A stretch of DNA of 64,000 nt from contig JAHEDI010000003.1 of NCBI GenBank assembly GCA_024641305.1, positions 48,889 through 112,888 of the forward strand, in the 5' to 3' direction. The DNA is from a bacterium. Its GTDB lineage: Bacteria > Actinomycetota > Acidimicrobiia > Spongiisociales > JAENVV01. The notes beneath the pieces were generated by a model. It was given only the letters and a program-made list of their open reading frames with translations. It did not search any database and was not told the origin of the DNA. Positions 47,762 through 57,452 of this stretch are shown piece after piece. A program made the position numbers and the translations under genes. Numbering within the stretch: position 1 is the first letter of the stretch; every line of letters starts with the position of its first letter.

Positions 47762-49272
47762 ACGGGGTGTTCGTCGTCGCTGCGACGTTTGTCGGAGCGG
47801 TTTCTTCGTTGCGATGGTTCCGGGTTGCCCAGCGCGAGCATTACTTGCCCTGGTCCGTGTCGGTGTTCGCCAGGCGATGGTGGCTTATTGATGCGGTGAA
47901 CGTGACGCTGATAGCCGTGGCGGCAACGAGTGCGGCTCTCGCCCTCGTTGGGATTGTTCCCCTGGTCACCGGAAGCGTCACACTCATCTGTGTCCTCGTC
48001 GGCCCGATCGGGCTTTCCCTTAAAGGCACTTCATCACCGTTGGCGTGGACCGACCGGTTGCGACGGGTCGCTCTGGCCGCCGGCGTTCTCTGGGTCATCA
48101 TGGTCGCCATCGGCGGGCTCACGGGATCGATTGGACTGTTGGCCTATGAAGCGGTGGCTCTGCCGTTGGTTGTCGACGTGGCGTTGGCCATCATGTGGCC
48201 GCTGGAAATGCGTTCGCAACGGACCTGGATCGATCAGGCCCTCACTCGGATTACGTCAGTCAAGCCGACGGTTATTGGAATTACGGGATCATATGGAAAG
48301 ACCACCACCAAGGAGTACACCCGGCGGTTGCTGACCAGTCACGGTGCCACTGTGGCCACCCCGGCCAGTTTCAACAACAAGATGGGCCTGGCGCGGGCGA
48401 TTAATGAGCATCTCAGCGACGGCAGTCAGTACTTCATCGCCGAGATGGGAACATATGGACCAGGGGAAATTGCAGAGATGTGCCAGTGGGTTCCACCGCA
48501 GGTGGCGGTAATAACCGCCATTGGACCGGTGCACCTCGAACGATTCGGATCGCTCGAGCGGGTTGTCGAGGCGAAATCCGAAATCTTCGCCGACGCCCAA
48601 GTGGTTGTCTTGAATGTGGATGACGACCATCTGGCACGACTGGCCGACTCGATCAAAGACAAGCGGGTCGTCAGGGTCTCCGCAGGAAAGGTGGCCGCGG
48701 CCAATATTGTCCTTGCCGCCGAGGGAGACAATGTCGAGGTTCGGGTCGACGGTTCGTTGGTGGCGCAGGTTCCGTCCGTGCCACTTCTTTCGAATCTTGC
48801 CTGCGCCATCGGGGTGCTGGTAGGTCTCGAACTCCCGCTGGCTCGTCTGACTGACGCCTTGCGAGGAGCTGATACTCCTGATCATCGTCAATCCGTTTTC
48901 ACCTCTGAAGCTGGGGTGGTCATTATCGATGACACGTACAACTCGAACCCGACCGGCGGCCAGGCGGCTCTTGATCGCCTTGCCCAACTTGGCACAGGGC
49001 GCCGGGTCGTCGTAACACCTGGCATGGTCGAATTGGGGGATCAACAGGCCATCGAGAATCGCCACTTCGCCGAGAAGGCGGGTTCTGTGGCCGACCAGCT
49101 CCTCGTCGTGGCCAGGACCAACCGCCGGGCGTTGCTGGACGGAGCCGCGAACGTTTCGCTTCCGGTTATCGTTGTTCCATCACGAGAGGCGGCAGTGTCC
49201 TGGGTTCGCGAGAACCTTGGACCGGGAGACGCCGTTCTGTATGAAAACGACCTGCCTGATCACCACCCTTAG
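47758..49272 (+). CDS. Mur ligase family protein, MurF-like C-terminal domains fused to an N-terminal ~170-aa polytopic membrane domain
   Basis: P-loop GITGSYGKTTTKE, IDDTYNSNPTG and TPGMVELGD motifs are MurF-like. The first ~170 aa contain about 4 TM helices in place of the usual MurF N-domain. Its start overlaps the upstream hydrolase stop (ATGA). Confidence 0.7.
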   Translation: MNGVFVVAATFVGAVSSLRWFRVAQREHYLPWSVSVFARRWWLIDAVNVTLIAVAATSAALALVGIVPLVTGSVTLICVLVGPIGLSLKGTSSPLAWTDRLRRVALAAGVLWVIMVAIGGLTGSIGLLAYEAVALPLVVDVALAIMWPLEMRSQRTWIDQALTRITSVKPTVIGITGSYGKTTTKEYTRRLLTSHGATVATPASFNNKMGLARAINEHLSDGSQYFIAEMGTYGPGEIAEMCQWVPPQVAVITAIGPVHLERFGSLERVVEAKSEIFADAQVVVLNVDDDHLARLADSIKDKRVVRVSAGKVAAANIVLAAEGDNVEVRVDGSLVAQVPSVPLLSNLACAIGVLVGLELPLARLTDALRGADTPDHRQSVFTSEAGVVIIDDTYNSNPTGGQAALDRLAQLGTGRRVVVTPGMVELGDQQAIENRHFAEKAGSVADQLLVVARTNRRALLDGAANVSLPVIVVPSREAAVSWVRENLGPGDAVLYENDLPDHHP

Positions 49273-49281
49273 GAGCATCCA

Positions 49282-50367
49282 ATGAGCCCGCGACCTGCAG
49301 TCGTCTTTGGAGGGCCCTCGCCCGAGCACGACATCTCCATCCTTACCGGACTTCAGGCGGCCCGGGTTCTAGCCACATCCGGGCGCGAGGTCGATGTGAT
49401 CTACTGGACAAAGACCGGCCAATGGTTCTCGGTCGATGCGGCTTCCGAGGCGGCGCATTTCTCACAAGGGGTTCCTGCCAAGGCCAAACCGCTCCGCTTT
49501 GAGCCAGAACCGGGAGGTGGTTTCTTCAACAAGAAGAAACCACTCGACGTCTCGGTGGTCCTGAACGCCTGTCATGGTGGTCCGGGGGAGGACGGGACGC
49601 TGCAAGGATTGTTCGACCTTGCCGGCCTCAGATACACCGGTCCTGACTCGGCTGCCTCAGCGCTCGGCATGGACAAGCTTGCCTTTGGTGGATTGATGGT
49701 CGCCGCTGGCCTTCCCAGCCTGCCGCGCCTGCTTGTCGGCGGTCCGGCCCCTGACTTCGAGGGGCCTTATATCGTCAAACCTCGCTATGGAGGCTCTTCG
49801 ATCGGTATCAGCGTTGTTGAGGATTATGACACTGCTTTGGCGCTTCTGAAGACCTCGCCGCACATGGTCAAAGGCGCGGTACTGGAACCGTTCCTTTCCG
49901 GGTCACAGGATCTCAACGTCGCCGTTCGAACGTATCCTCAGGTGGAGACGTCGGCCATCGAAGCTCCGCTACGCGACTCTGATCAGATCTATGACTATGC
50001 CCAAAAGTATCTGGAAGGCGATGGTGGTATGGATGCTGCCAAACGTGAGCTTCCGGCCAACCTGCCCGAAGAAGACGCGACCCGCATCCGGCGGATGGCC
50101 AAACAAATCGTAGACCTTGCCCGACTGCGCTCGGTGGCCAGGATCGATTTCCTCGCCCACGACGGCGTCATCTATGTGAATGAGGTAAATACGATCCCGG
50201 GAAGTCTGGCCGGTTATCTCTGGATTGATCCGCCGATCGGGCGTGCCCAGCTACTTGGGGACATGCTTGAGGAAGTGACGAAACTCCCGCCGACGAGGTA
50301 CACCACCGCAGGTGCTGACGGGACGGCGCTACGAAGTGCCGGCTCGATCGCTTCCAAACTCGGCTAG
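49282..50367 (+). CDS. ddl: D-alanine--D-alanine ligase
   Basis: CHGGPGEDGTLQGLFDLAGLRYTG and ATP-grasp C-terminal motifs (EVNTIPG). Confidence 0.85.
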   Translation: MSPRPAVVFGGPSPEHDISILTGLQAARVLATSGREVDVIYWTKTGQWFSVDAASEAAHFSQGVPAKAKPLRFEPEPGGGFFNKKKPLDVSVVLNACHGGPGEDGTLQGLFDLAGLRYTGPDSAASALGMDKLAFGGLMVAAGLPSLPRLLVGGPAPDFEGPYIVKPRYGGSSIGISVVEDYDTALALLKTSPHMVKGAVLEPFLSGSQDLNVAVRTYPQVETSAIEAPLRDSDQIYDYAQKYLEGDGGMDAAKRELPANLPEEDATRIRRMAKQIVDLARLRSVARIDFLAHDGVIYVNEVNTIPGSLAGYLWIDPPIGRAQLLGDMLEEVTKLPPTRYTTAGADGTALRSAGSIASKLG

Positions 50368-50374
50368 CAACCTC

Positions 50375-50608
50375 TTACAGGTTGACGACGGCGCAGGTGA
50401 GGGTTCGGGTGATGCCTTCGACCGCCTGAACCCTGGCAACAACCAGTTTGCCGAGTTGGTCGACGTCGTCGGCGCTGACCTTGATGATTACGTCGTATGG
50501 GCCGGTCACATCGTCAGCTGCCTGGACACCGGGGATCTTGCGGACTTCGGTCGCCACATGGGCAGCCTGGCCGACTTCGCTTTGAACTAACAGGTACGCC
50601 TCAACCAT
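50375..50608 (-). CDS. Stand-alone Lrp/AsnC-type RAM (ligand-binding) domain protein
   Basis: 77 aa. YLLVQSE...IPGV.......G.YDVIIKV is the RAM/ACT-like domain pattern. No HTH. Confidence 0.55.
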   Translation of the reverse strand: MVEAYLLVQSEVGQAAHVATEVRKIPGVQAADDVTGPYDVIIKVSADDVDQLGKLVVARVQAVEGITRTLTCAVVNL

Positions 50609-50652
50609 GGTGTTCTCCTTCCGAGTGCGCAGTCTACGCGCATCGTGCGGAT

Positions 50653-50865
50653 CTATGACCCGTCTACACCGAGCCGGATATTGGACGCGAACGATTGACC
50701 GCCATCGTCGATGACGTCAAAAACGATTCGCTGACCCTGACGAAGCGAGCGGAAAACCGACCCGCCGAGGGTGCCTGCTCTGAGCAAGACCTCTCGTCGA
50801 TCGCTGTCACTGACGACAATGCCAGCTCCCGTAACCGGGTCATACAGCTTGACGATTCCTTGCAT
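50653..50865 (-). CDS. Cold-shock-domain-like small protein
   Basis: MQGIVKLYDP..GAGIV N-terminus resembles Csp MxGxVKWFN..KGFGFI, but it is divergent. Confidence 0.45.
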   Translation of the reverse strand: MQGIVKLYDPVTGAGIVVSDSDRREVLLRAGTLGGSVFRSLRQGQRIVFDVIDDGGQSFASNIRLGVDGS

Positions 50866-51054
50866 TTAGGCCTTCTCGACCTTCCCGGCCTTGAGGCACG
50901 AGGTGCAGACGCGGGCCTGACGGGTATTTGACCCGTGCTTGACGCGCACTTTTTGGATGTTTGGTGTCCAGGTTCGGCTGGAGCGCTTGTGCGAGAAAGT
51001 CACTTTCTTGCCGAACGTGGGCTCTTTGCTGCAGATTTCGCAACGATTTGCCAT
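50866..51054 (-). CDS. rpmB: 50S ribosomal protein L28
   Basis: MANRCEICSKEPTFGKKVTFSHKRSSRTWTPNIQKV...CTSCLKAGKV matches L28 closely. Start trimmed to MANRC. Confidence 0.85.
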   Translation of the reverse strand: MANRCEICSKEPTFGKKVTFSHKRSSRTWTPNIQKVRVKHGSNTRQARVCTSCLKAGKVEKA

Positions 51055-51128
51055 TTTTGGGATCTCCTCGATCGGCGGGGAATCGTAGCAGCGGCGCTCG
51101 TGCGAGAAAAATGCGAGATGGGTCGAGG

Positions 51129-53345
51129 ATGACCAAGGTTGTCCCACCCAACTGGCACAATGCGCTGATGACCGAACGCAGCCTTGCCTATCTTTGCACG
51201 GTACCCGTAACGAAAGTTTCGGGCCTGTCTGGCAAGCGTGGCGCGGCGCTTACCAAGGCCGGGATTCGATCGGTTGGCGACCTGCTTCTTCACGTGCCCC
51301 GGCGGTACGTGGATCGCTCGACCCAGGCGGACCTTCTCGGCGTCGCCTCTGGCGAAGAAGTCACCGTGATCGTGACGGTGCAAAAGGTGTCCGTCCGGCG
51401 GGTTCGGAAAAACCTGACGATCATCGATGCGGTATGCACCGATGGCGAGGGCATCCTCAATGTGACCTGGTTCAACCAGGCGTTCCGGGCCAAGCAGTTG
51501 ACCGAGGGGGCTGAGATTGCGTTGTCAGGCAAGATCGAGCGATACCGGGGGCGCCTCCAGATGAAGGCTCCGGCCGTCGATGTTCTCGGGACGGCTAGCG
51601 AGTCGCTGACGACTGGCCGGGTGGTTCCGATTCATCCATCGGTCGGTGAGGTGGGGCCGGGGTACATGCGTCGGGCGATGCACAACGCCCTCCAGAGATC
51701 GATGCCGATGTCAGATCCCCTGCCCGAGTCGTTGCTGGATCGTCTCGATCTCATGGACCGGCAATCGGCGCTTGGATCGATCCACTTTCCTGACACGTTG
51801 AGTGAGGTTCCGGCTGCTCGCAAGCGGTTGGTTTTTGACGAGTTCTTTAGGCTTGAAGTCGCGTTGGCTCTCACGAAGAATCAGCGGGCCCATACGGCCG
51901 TTGGCATCTCGCATGTTCCGAGCCGTGATCTCGTCGATCGGTTCTTGACCGGGCTGCCATTTTCCCCGACCGGGGCCCAGGATCGGGTTCTGGCGGAGAT
52001 TATTGACGACATGGTTTCGGAGCATCCCATGCACCGTCTTCTTCAGGGCGAGGTCGGCTCCGGAAAAACCGTGGTGGCTGTCGCGACGCTGCTCCTGGCG
52101 GTCGAGGGCGGGTACCAGGGCGCCATCATGGCTCCGACCGAGGTGTTGGCCGCCCAGCATTATCTTGGTGTGTCGGATCTGCTTGAAGGAGCCGGGATGG
52201 CGTCGGTCCCCTTGGTGGACCAGGTGAGTTTGTTCGATCAGCCAGATTCGCCAGCCGGGTTGCCACAGCCGGAGCGCCCCATCGTGGTTGCCTTGCTCAC
52301 CGGATCGACGGCCGAGTTGTCGAATCGAGTCGATGCCGTCCGTGCCGATGTTTTGGAAGCGGTCGCCTCGGGCGAAGCAGATATTGTGATCGGTACGCAC
52401 GCACTCATCCAGGAAGGCGTCGATTTCGGCCATCTCGGGGCCGCAGTGATAGACGAACAGCACCGGTTCGGCGTCCACCAGCGGGTTAGCTTGAAGGACA
52501 AAGCCCACAACCAGGACCCTGATCTGCTCATCATGACGGCAACTCCGATCCCGCGAACCCTGTCGATGACCCTGTACGGGGACCTCGATGTTTCATTGCT
52601 GGACGAAATGCCACCGGGGAGAACCCCGGTGATTACGACGGAGCTCTCCAAGGAGTCGATGGAGGAGGTCTATGCGTTGATCCGCGCCGAGGTCGATGCC
52701 GGTCGCCAGGTGTTTGTGGTTTGCCCGCTTGTCGAAGATTCGGACAAGATCGAAGCGTCCTCGGCGACCGTTGAACACGCCCGACTCGCCGGCGTGTTCA
52801 ACGATCTCAACGTTGCGCTGCTTCACGGTCAAATGAAACCGCGCGAGAAGGAAGCCGTCATGGACTCGATGAGGGCTGGGGACATCGACGTTCTGGTGGC
52901 GACTACGGTCATCGAGGTGGGCATCGATATCCCGAATGCCACACTGATGGTCATCGAGGACGCCGAGCGGTTCGGGCTAAGTCAGCTCCACCAACTTCGG
53001 GGACGGGTTGGGCGGGGAGAACACGTCTCGCGCTGCATATTGCTCGCCGATCCCACGACCGACGAAGGGATCGCCAGAATCGCCGCCATGATCGAGACAA
53101 CCGACGGGTTTCGTCTCGCCGAGGAGGATCTCCGGATTCGCGGTCAGGGGACCGTATTCGAGGCCCGCCAGGCGGGGTCAGGCGATCTGAGGATTGCCGA
53201 CCTTCTGAGGGACCTCGACATTCTCGTGGCTGCCAGGCGGGAAGCCTTTGCGATGGTGGCCGATCAGCTAGTCCTCACAGGTGAAATTGGCGAGGAAGTC
53301 GAAGCCCTTCTCGGCGATCGCAAAGAATGGTTGTTCGTCTCATGA
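51129..53345 (+). CDS. recG: ATP-dependent DNA helicase RecG
   Basis: Wedge/N-domain, Walker A GEVGSGKT, DEQHRFG, and the C-terminal RecG TRG motif. The start is uncertain (51111, 51129 or 51168 are possible). Confidence 0.85.
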   Translation: MTKVVPPNWHNALMTERSLAYLCTVPVTKVSGLSGKRGAALTKAGIRSVGDLLLHVPRRYVDRSTQADLLGVASGEEVTVIVTVQKVSVRRVRKNLTIIDAVCTDGEGILNVTWFNQAFRAKQLTEGAEIALSGKIERYRGRLQMKAPAVDVLGTASESLTTGRVVPIHPSVGEVGPGYMRRAMHNALQRSMPMSDPLPESLLDRLDLMDRQSALGSIHFPDTLSEVPAARKRLVFDEFFRLEVALALTKNQRAHTAVGISHVPSRDLVDRFLTGLPFSPTGAQDRVLAEIIDDMVSEHPMHRLLQGEVGSGKTVVAVATLLLAVEGGYQGAIMAPTEVLAAQHYLGVSDLLEGAGMASVPLVDQVSLFDQPDSPAGLPQPERPIVVALLTGSTAELSNRVDAVRADVLEAVASGEADIVIGTHALIQEGVDFGHLGAAVIDEQHRFGVHQRVSLKDKAHNQDPDLLIMTATPIPRTLSMTLYGDLDVSLLDEMPPGRTPVITTELSKESMEEVYALIRAEVDAGRQVFVVCPLVEDSDKIEASSATVEHARLAGVFNDLNVALLHGQMKPREKEAVMDSMRAGDIDVLVATTVIEVGIDIPNATLMVIEDAERFGLSQLHQLRGRVGRGEHVSRCILLADPTTDEGIARIAAMIETTDGFRLAEEDLRIRGQGTVFEARQAGSGDLRIADLLRDLDILVAARREAFAMVADQLVLTGEIGEEVEALLGDRKEWLFVS

Positions 53346-53881
53346 GGGTCATCGCTGGACGGTCCAAGGGTCGGCGCCTCAACGCCCCTCCAGGGGACTC
53401 GACCCGACCGATGCAAGACCGGGTCAAAGAAGCGCTCTTCTCCTCGCTCGGGTCGGTGGTCGTCGGTGCCGACGTGCTTGATTTGTACGCCGGAACCGGG
53501 TCAATGGGCCTCGAGGCCCTCAGCCGGGGCGCCAGACGGGCAGTGTTTGTCGAGCGGAACCGGATGGCGGTTACCTTCTTGCGCAAGAACTGTGAGGCGG
53601 TCGGTCTCGGTGGCGAAGTGGTACCAGTCGACGTCGCCCGATTCTTGGCGCAGCGTTCCGACTCATTTGATCTCGTTTTTGTTGACCCACCGTATGCTGA
53701 CAGCGATGCAGAGGTGGGCCGGACCATGGCGGCGGTGGCCGGTCGGTTGCGGCCGGGGGGGTTGGCAGTTCTCCATCGGAAGGTCGGATCTGCGCTTCCT
53801 GAAACGGAAAGCCTCGTGTTGGTCGACGAGCGGCGATACGGTAGTGCACAACTTTGGCGTTTCCAGAAGGAGTCGACATGA
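53342..53881 (+). CDS. rsmD: 16S rRNA (guanine966-N2)-methyltransferase RsmD
   Basis: RIIAGxxKGRxL-type N-terminus (RVIAGRSKGRRL), DLYAGTGSMGLEALSRGA SAM motif and DPPY motif. ATGA overlap with recG. Confidence 0.8.
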   Translation: MRVIAGRSKGRRLNAPPGDSTRPMQDRVKEALFSSLGSVVVGADVLDLYAGTGSMGLEALSRGARRAVFVERNRMAVTFLRKNCEAVGLGGEVVPVDVARFLAQRSDSFDLVFVDPPYADSDAEVGRTMAAVAGRLRPGGLAVLHRKVGSALPETESLVLVDERRYGSAQLWRFQKEST

Positions 53882-54342
53882 CGGTGGCATTATGTGCGGG
53901 GAGTTTTGACCCGCCGACCAACGGCCATCTCGACTTGATCCGAAGAGCGGCGTCGATGTTCGACGAGGTAGTGGTCGGGATAGTTGTCAACCCGGCAAAG
54001 ACGGCCCGCCTGTCGGCCGATCGGCGGATGGGCCTTATGAGCGACCTTCTGGTGGATCGGACCAATGTCCGGGTGGAGACGTTCTCGGGCCTGGTTGTCG
54101 AGTTGGCTGCGTCTGTCGAGGCTCAGGTCATCGTCAAGGGGGTTCGAGGGGTGGCCGACTTCGAGGCAGAAATCCAGATGGCGCACATGAACCGCCATCT
54201 GTCAGGCATCAACACCGTTTTCCTTCCGGCCAGCCCGGAAGTAGCTCATATTTCATCATCATTGGTCAAAGAAATATTCGCACTTGGAGGCTCGATCGAA
54301 GGCCTGGTGCCTCCGTCGGTAGCCGTCGCTTTAGAGGAGTAG
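53878..54342 (+). CDS. coaD: Phosphopantetheine adenylyltransferase
   Basis: CAGSFDPPTNGHLDLIRRA (the H/TxGH nucleotidyltransferase motif). ATGA overlap with rsmD. Confidence 0.85.
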   Translation: MTVALCAGSFDPPTNGHLDLIRRAASMFDEVVVGIVVNPAKTARLSADRRMGLMSDLLVDRTNVRVETFSGLVVELAASVEAQVIVKGVRGVADFEAEIQMAHMNRHLSGINTVFLPASPEVAHISSSLVKEIFALGGSIEGLVPPSVAVALEE

Positions 54343-54348
54343 ATCATT

Positions 54349-55077
54349 ATGTCTGACAATCGTTTTGGAGATTCCAACGAACGGGGAGGATCGGCAACGC
54401 GGACGCCCGATGACCCTTTGGCCGATTTCGTCGACATCATCGGCGACGAGACGGTTGAAAACTTTGAGGACGTTCTCGCCGCCGACCCCGAGGACGTGTT
54501 TTCGAAGGTCATACCGATGCCAGGCATTGGCATCGACCTGACTGACCCACTCGACAGTTCCGAGGTCGGCGCGGTCGAGTCGATGCTTGAAGAACTCGTC
54601 GCACAATTGCTTGAGGCCAAGACGATGCCTCTTTCGCAGAATGTGCTGGTGAACAAGGCAGCCTTCATTACCAATCTCCAACGTATCTTGTCGCTGCTAC
54701 CCGACGAGTTGCGGGCCGCTCGATGGATGATCAGGGAACAAGCCGCCTTTGTGGCGCGCACGACTGAGAAGTCGAAAGAGATCCTGGCTCAGACCAATCA
54801 CAAGGCCCATGCGATCATGGAAAACGCCCGTCACCAGGCCGATCTCATGGTGTCCCAGTCGAACATAGTGGCCGAGGCAGTGGAGGAAGCCAACATCCTG
54901 GTGCGCAATGCCGAAGGCGAAGGCCGACGGATTCGACTCCAGGCCGAGGATTATGGCGAAGACCGACTCGTTCAGCTTGAACATCTGTTCGGGAATCTGA
55001 TCCGCCAGGTCCGCGACACACGCGCCGAATTCCACCAGGCACGCCCGCCGGCCGGTGAGGTCCCGATTCTGGATTGA
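54349..55077 (+). CDS. Conserved hypothetical protein; acidic N-terminus and coiled-coil C-terminal half
   Basis: No catalytic motifs. Sits in the conserved position between coaD and yceD. Confidence 0.45.
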   Translation: MSDNRFGDSNERGGSATRTPDDPLADFVDIIGDETVENFEDVLAADPEDVFSKVIPMPGIGIDLTDPLDSSEVGAVESMLEELVAQLLEAKTMPLSQNVLVNKAAFITNLQRILSLLPDELRAARWMIREQAAFVARTTEKSKEILAQTNHKAHAIMENARHQADLMVSQSNIVAEAVEEANILVRNAEGEGRRIRLQAEDYGEDRLVQLEHLFGNLIRQVRDTRAEFHQARPPAGEVPILD

Positions 55078-55105
55078 CCCTCACCGGAGTAGTCTGGCCC
55101 GCATT

Positions 55106-55600
55106 ATGAAGGTGGTTGTTTCCGATCTTATTGGCACACCAGGTGCGCATCGCCAGGATCAGATCTCTCTCGAGGTTGCGGCTGTCATGGACGCGGCCAA
55201 ACTCGAAGGGCCCGTCACCGGTTCGGTTCGCTATGACGCCGGAGTTCGCGACATCATGGCATCAGGGCGCATGGAGTACGTGGCAACGGCAATCTGCATT
55301 CGGTGTCTGATCGAATTCGACTATCCCGGCAAGGCGACATTCAGCCAGCTTTATGCCGACGATCCCCAATCTGAAGATGTCATGCAAATCCATGAACACG
55401 GCGTAATCGACATCGAACCGCCCATCCGCGACGAGGTCGTTTTGAGCCTGCCACTGTCTCCGGTATGCCGGCCGGATTGCGCCGGACTTTGTTCTACGTG
55501 CGGAACCGACTTGAATAGGGAACCGTGCGAAGGTCACGATGACGTGAGTTCGTCGCCTTTCGCTATATTGGCTCAGCTTTTAGACCCCGAAGACCTGTAA
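55106..55600 (+). CDS. yceD: YceD (DUF177) family protein
   Basis: Cys-rich C-terminus CIRCL...CRPDCAGLCSTCGTDLN, with rpmF immediately downstream as is typical. Confidence 0.7.
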   Translation: MKVVVSDLIGTPGAHRQDQISLEVAAVMDAAKLEGPVTGSVRYDAGVRDIMASGRMEYVATAICIRCLIEFDYPGKATFSQLYADDPQSEDVMQIHEHGVIDIEPPIRDEVVLSLPLSPVCRPDCAGLCSTCGTDLNREPCEGHDDVSSSPFAILAQLLDPEDL

Positions 55601-55610
55601 GGAGTTCGCC

Positions 55611-55793
55611 GTGGCGGTCCCCAAGAAAAAAATGTCGCGTTCGCGCACCCGCCGACGCAAGTCGCAGTGGAAGATGGAGCATCCGACTCCTTCGAAGTGC
55701 CCTCAGTGCCACGAACCCAAACGTCCGCATCGAGCATGCGCGGCGTGCGGTACCTATCGTGGCCGAGAGGTCACCGTTCCCGCCGACCATTAG
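55611..55793 (+). CDS. rpmF: 50S ribosomal protein L32
   Basis: MAVPKKKMSRSRTRRRKSQWK...CPQCHEPKRPHRACAACGTY. GTG start. Confidence 0.85.
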   Translation: MAVPKKKMSRSRTRRRKSQWKMEHPTPSKCPQCHEPKRPHRACAACGTYRGREVTVPADH

Positions 55794-55826
55794 GAGCGCG
55801 CCCTGGCCCGTGTAGCGCTTGATGCG

Positions 55827-56777
55827 ATGGGCGGCGACCATGCGCCTGTCGAGACGGTCGCCGGCGCAGTCCTGGCAGCCGAGCGGGGCGTCGATGTCGT
55901 TCTGGTCGGTAACGAGTTGCAGCTTCGTGGGCAATTGGAAGCGCATGGCGCCGATCTGCCCATCGTCCATGCCAGCCAGAAGATCGGCATGGCTGATAAT
56001 CCGGTGCGGGCCATTCGCGAGCGTCCTGGCTCGTCAATCGTCCGGGCGGCTCAACTCGTCCGCGACGGGGAGGCTGACGCATTGGTATCGGCCGGGTCAA
56101 CGGGAGCTTCTCTGGCGGCGGCCGCCATCATCATTGGTCGGTTGCCGGGGGTGCTTCGTCCGGCCATCGCTACTATCTTTCCAACCCCGTACAAGCCGAC
56201 GGTGGTCCTCGATAGCGGGGCCAACCCAGACTGCAAGCCGGAGCATCTCAACCAGTTCGCCGTCATGGGTAGTCAGGTGGCCAGGGTGTACCTTGGCTGC
56301 GATAACCCGCGTGTTGGACTGTTGACCATCGGTGAGGAGCGGGGCAAAGGGCGCGACCTCGAGCGGGCTGCCTACGATCTCCTGGAATGGGATCCGGCAG
56401 TCAACTTCGTCGGCAATGTCGAAGGACGAGATCTCGCCAATGACATTGCTGATGTCTTTGTAACGGATGGTTTCACGGGCAATGTGACGCTGAAGACCGC
56501 CGAAGGAATGATGCGAATAACGCTCGGCATGTTTTCTGACATTGCAGCCGCTTTATCCGAGGCAGCGAGGTCTGAGCTACTTCCACACCTGAAGCGGCTC
56601 GCCGAGGCTATGTCCGCAGACCATGGCGCACACCTGGTTGGGTCGAAAGGGGTGGTCGTTATCGGGCACGGATCTGCAACGGCGATGGGTATCGCCAACG
56701 CCCTGGCGATGGCAGCCGATGGGGCCCGTCGCGGGCTAGTCAGCGAGATCGCCAACCAGCTTGGCTCCGAATCTTGA
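55827..56777 (+). CDS. plsX: Phosphate acyltransferase PlsX
   Basis: DAMGGDHAP N-terminus and a PlsX core. An upstream non-ATG start is possible (the frame is open back to the rpmF stop). Confidence 0.85.
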   Translation: MGGDHAPVETVAGAVLAAERGVDVVLVGNELQLRGQLEAHGADLPIVHASQKIGMADNPVRAIRERPGSSIVRAAQLVRDGEADALVSAGSTGASLAAAAIIIGRLPGVLRPAIATIFPTPYKPTVVLDSGANPDCKPEHLNQFAVMGSQVARVYLGCDNPRVGLLTIGEERGKGRDLERAAYDLLEWDPAVNFVGNVEGRDLANDIADVFVTDGFTGNVTLKTAEGMMRITLGMFSDIAAALSEAARSELLPHLKRLAEAMSADHGAHLVGSKGVVVIGHGSATAMGIANALAMAADGARRGLVSEIANQLGSES

Positions 56778-57442
56778 TGCTGAAGGATCTGCAAGAGGCG
56801 CTCTCCTATACCTTCACCAATGTGTCTTTGCTCGAACACGCCTTGCTGCATCGTTCATTCGCGGCTGAGGGGCCGGTCGGAGACGACAACGAAAGACTTG
56901 AGTTCCTTGGTGATGCCGTCCTTCAGTTGGTGGTAACCGATCACCTGTACACCAACTATCCCCACCTCCGCGAGGGGACCATGGCCAAAGTGCGGGCGGC
57001 TTGTGTCAACCGCGATGAACTGGCGAATCTGGCTCACTTGTTGCATATCGGAGAGAACCTGGCTTTGGGGCGCGGGGAAGAAGCCTCGGGCGGACGAAAG
57101 AAAGCATCCATCCTCGCCGATGCTATGGAGGCCGTCATTGCGGCGGTCTACATCGATGGTGGCATTGATATGGCCCGGCACGTGATCCTGAAACTCTGGA
57201 CCCCGCTGGTGGCTGCCAGGGCAGTCGAACCCGGAAAGCGCGATTACAAGACTCGTCTCCAAGAAGAACTGGCCTCCCGGGGCCTACGGCCTCGATACCG
57301 GGTCACCGAGTCGGGACCTGATCACGCCAAGACGTTTGAGGCGCAACTTGAGGTGGACGGCAAGCCGGCCGGGTCCGGCGAAGGCAAATCGAAGAAAGAA
57401 GCCGAGCAAGCGGCCGCCGCCGAAGCCCTCGACACGCTGTAG
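56774..57442 (+). CDS. rnc: Ribonuclease III
   Basis: ERLEFLGDAVL RNase III signature and a C-terminal dsRBD. ATGA overlap with plsX. Confidence 0.85.
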   Translation: MMLKDLQEALSYTFTNVSLLEHALLHRSFAAEGPVGDDNERLEFLGDAVLQLVVTDHLYTNYPHLREGTMAKVRAACVNRDELANLAHLLHIGENLALGRGEEASGGRKKASILADAMEAVIAAVYIDGGIDMARHVILKLWTPLVAARAVEPGKRDYKTRLQEELASRGLRPRYRVTESGPDHAKTFEAQLEVDGKPAGSGEGKSKKEAEQAAAAEALDTL

Positions 57443-57452
57443 CCGACTGCCC

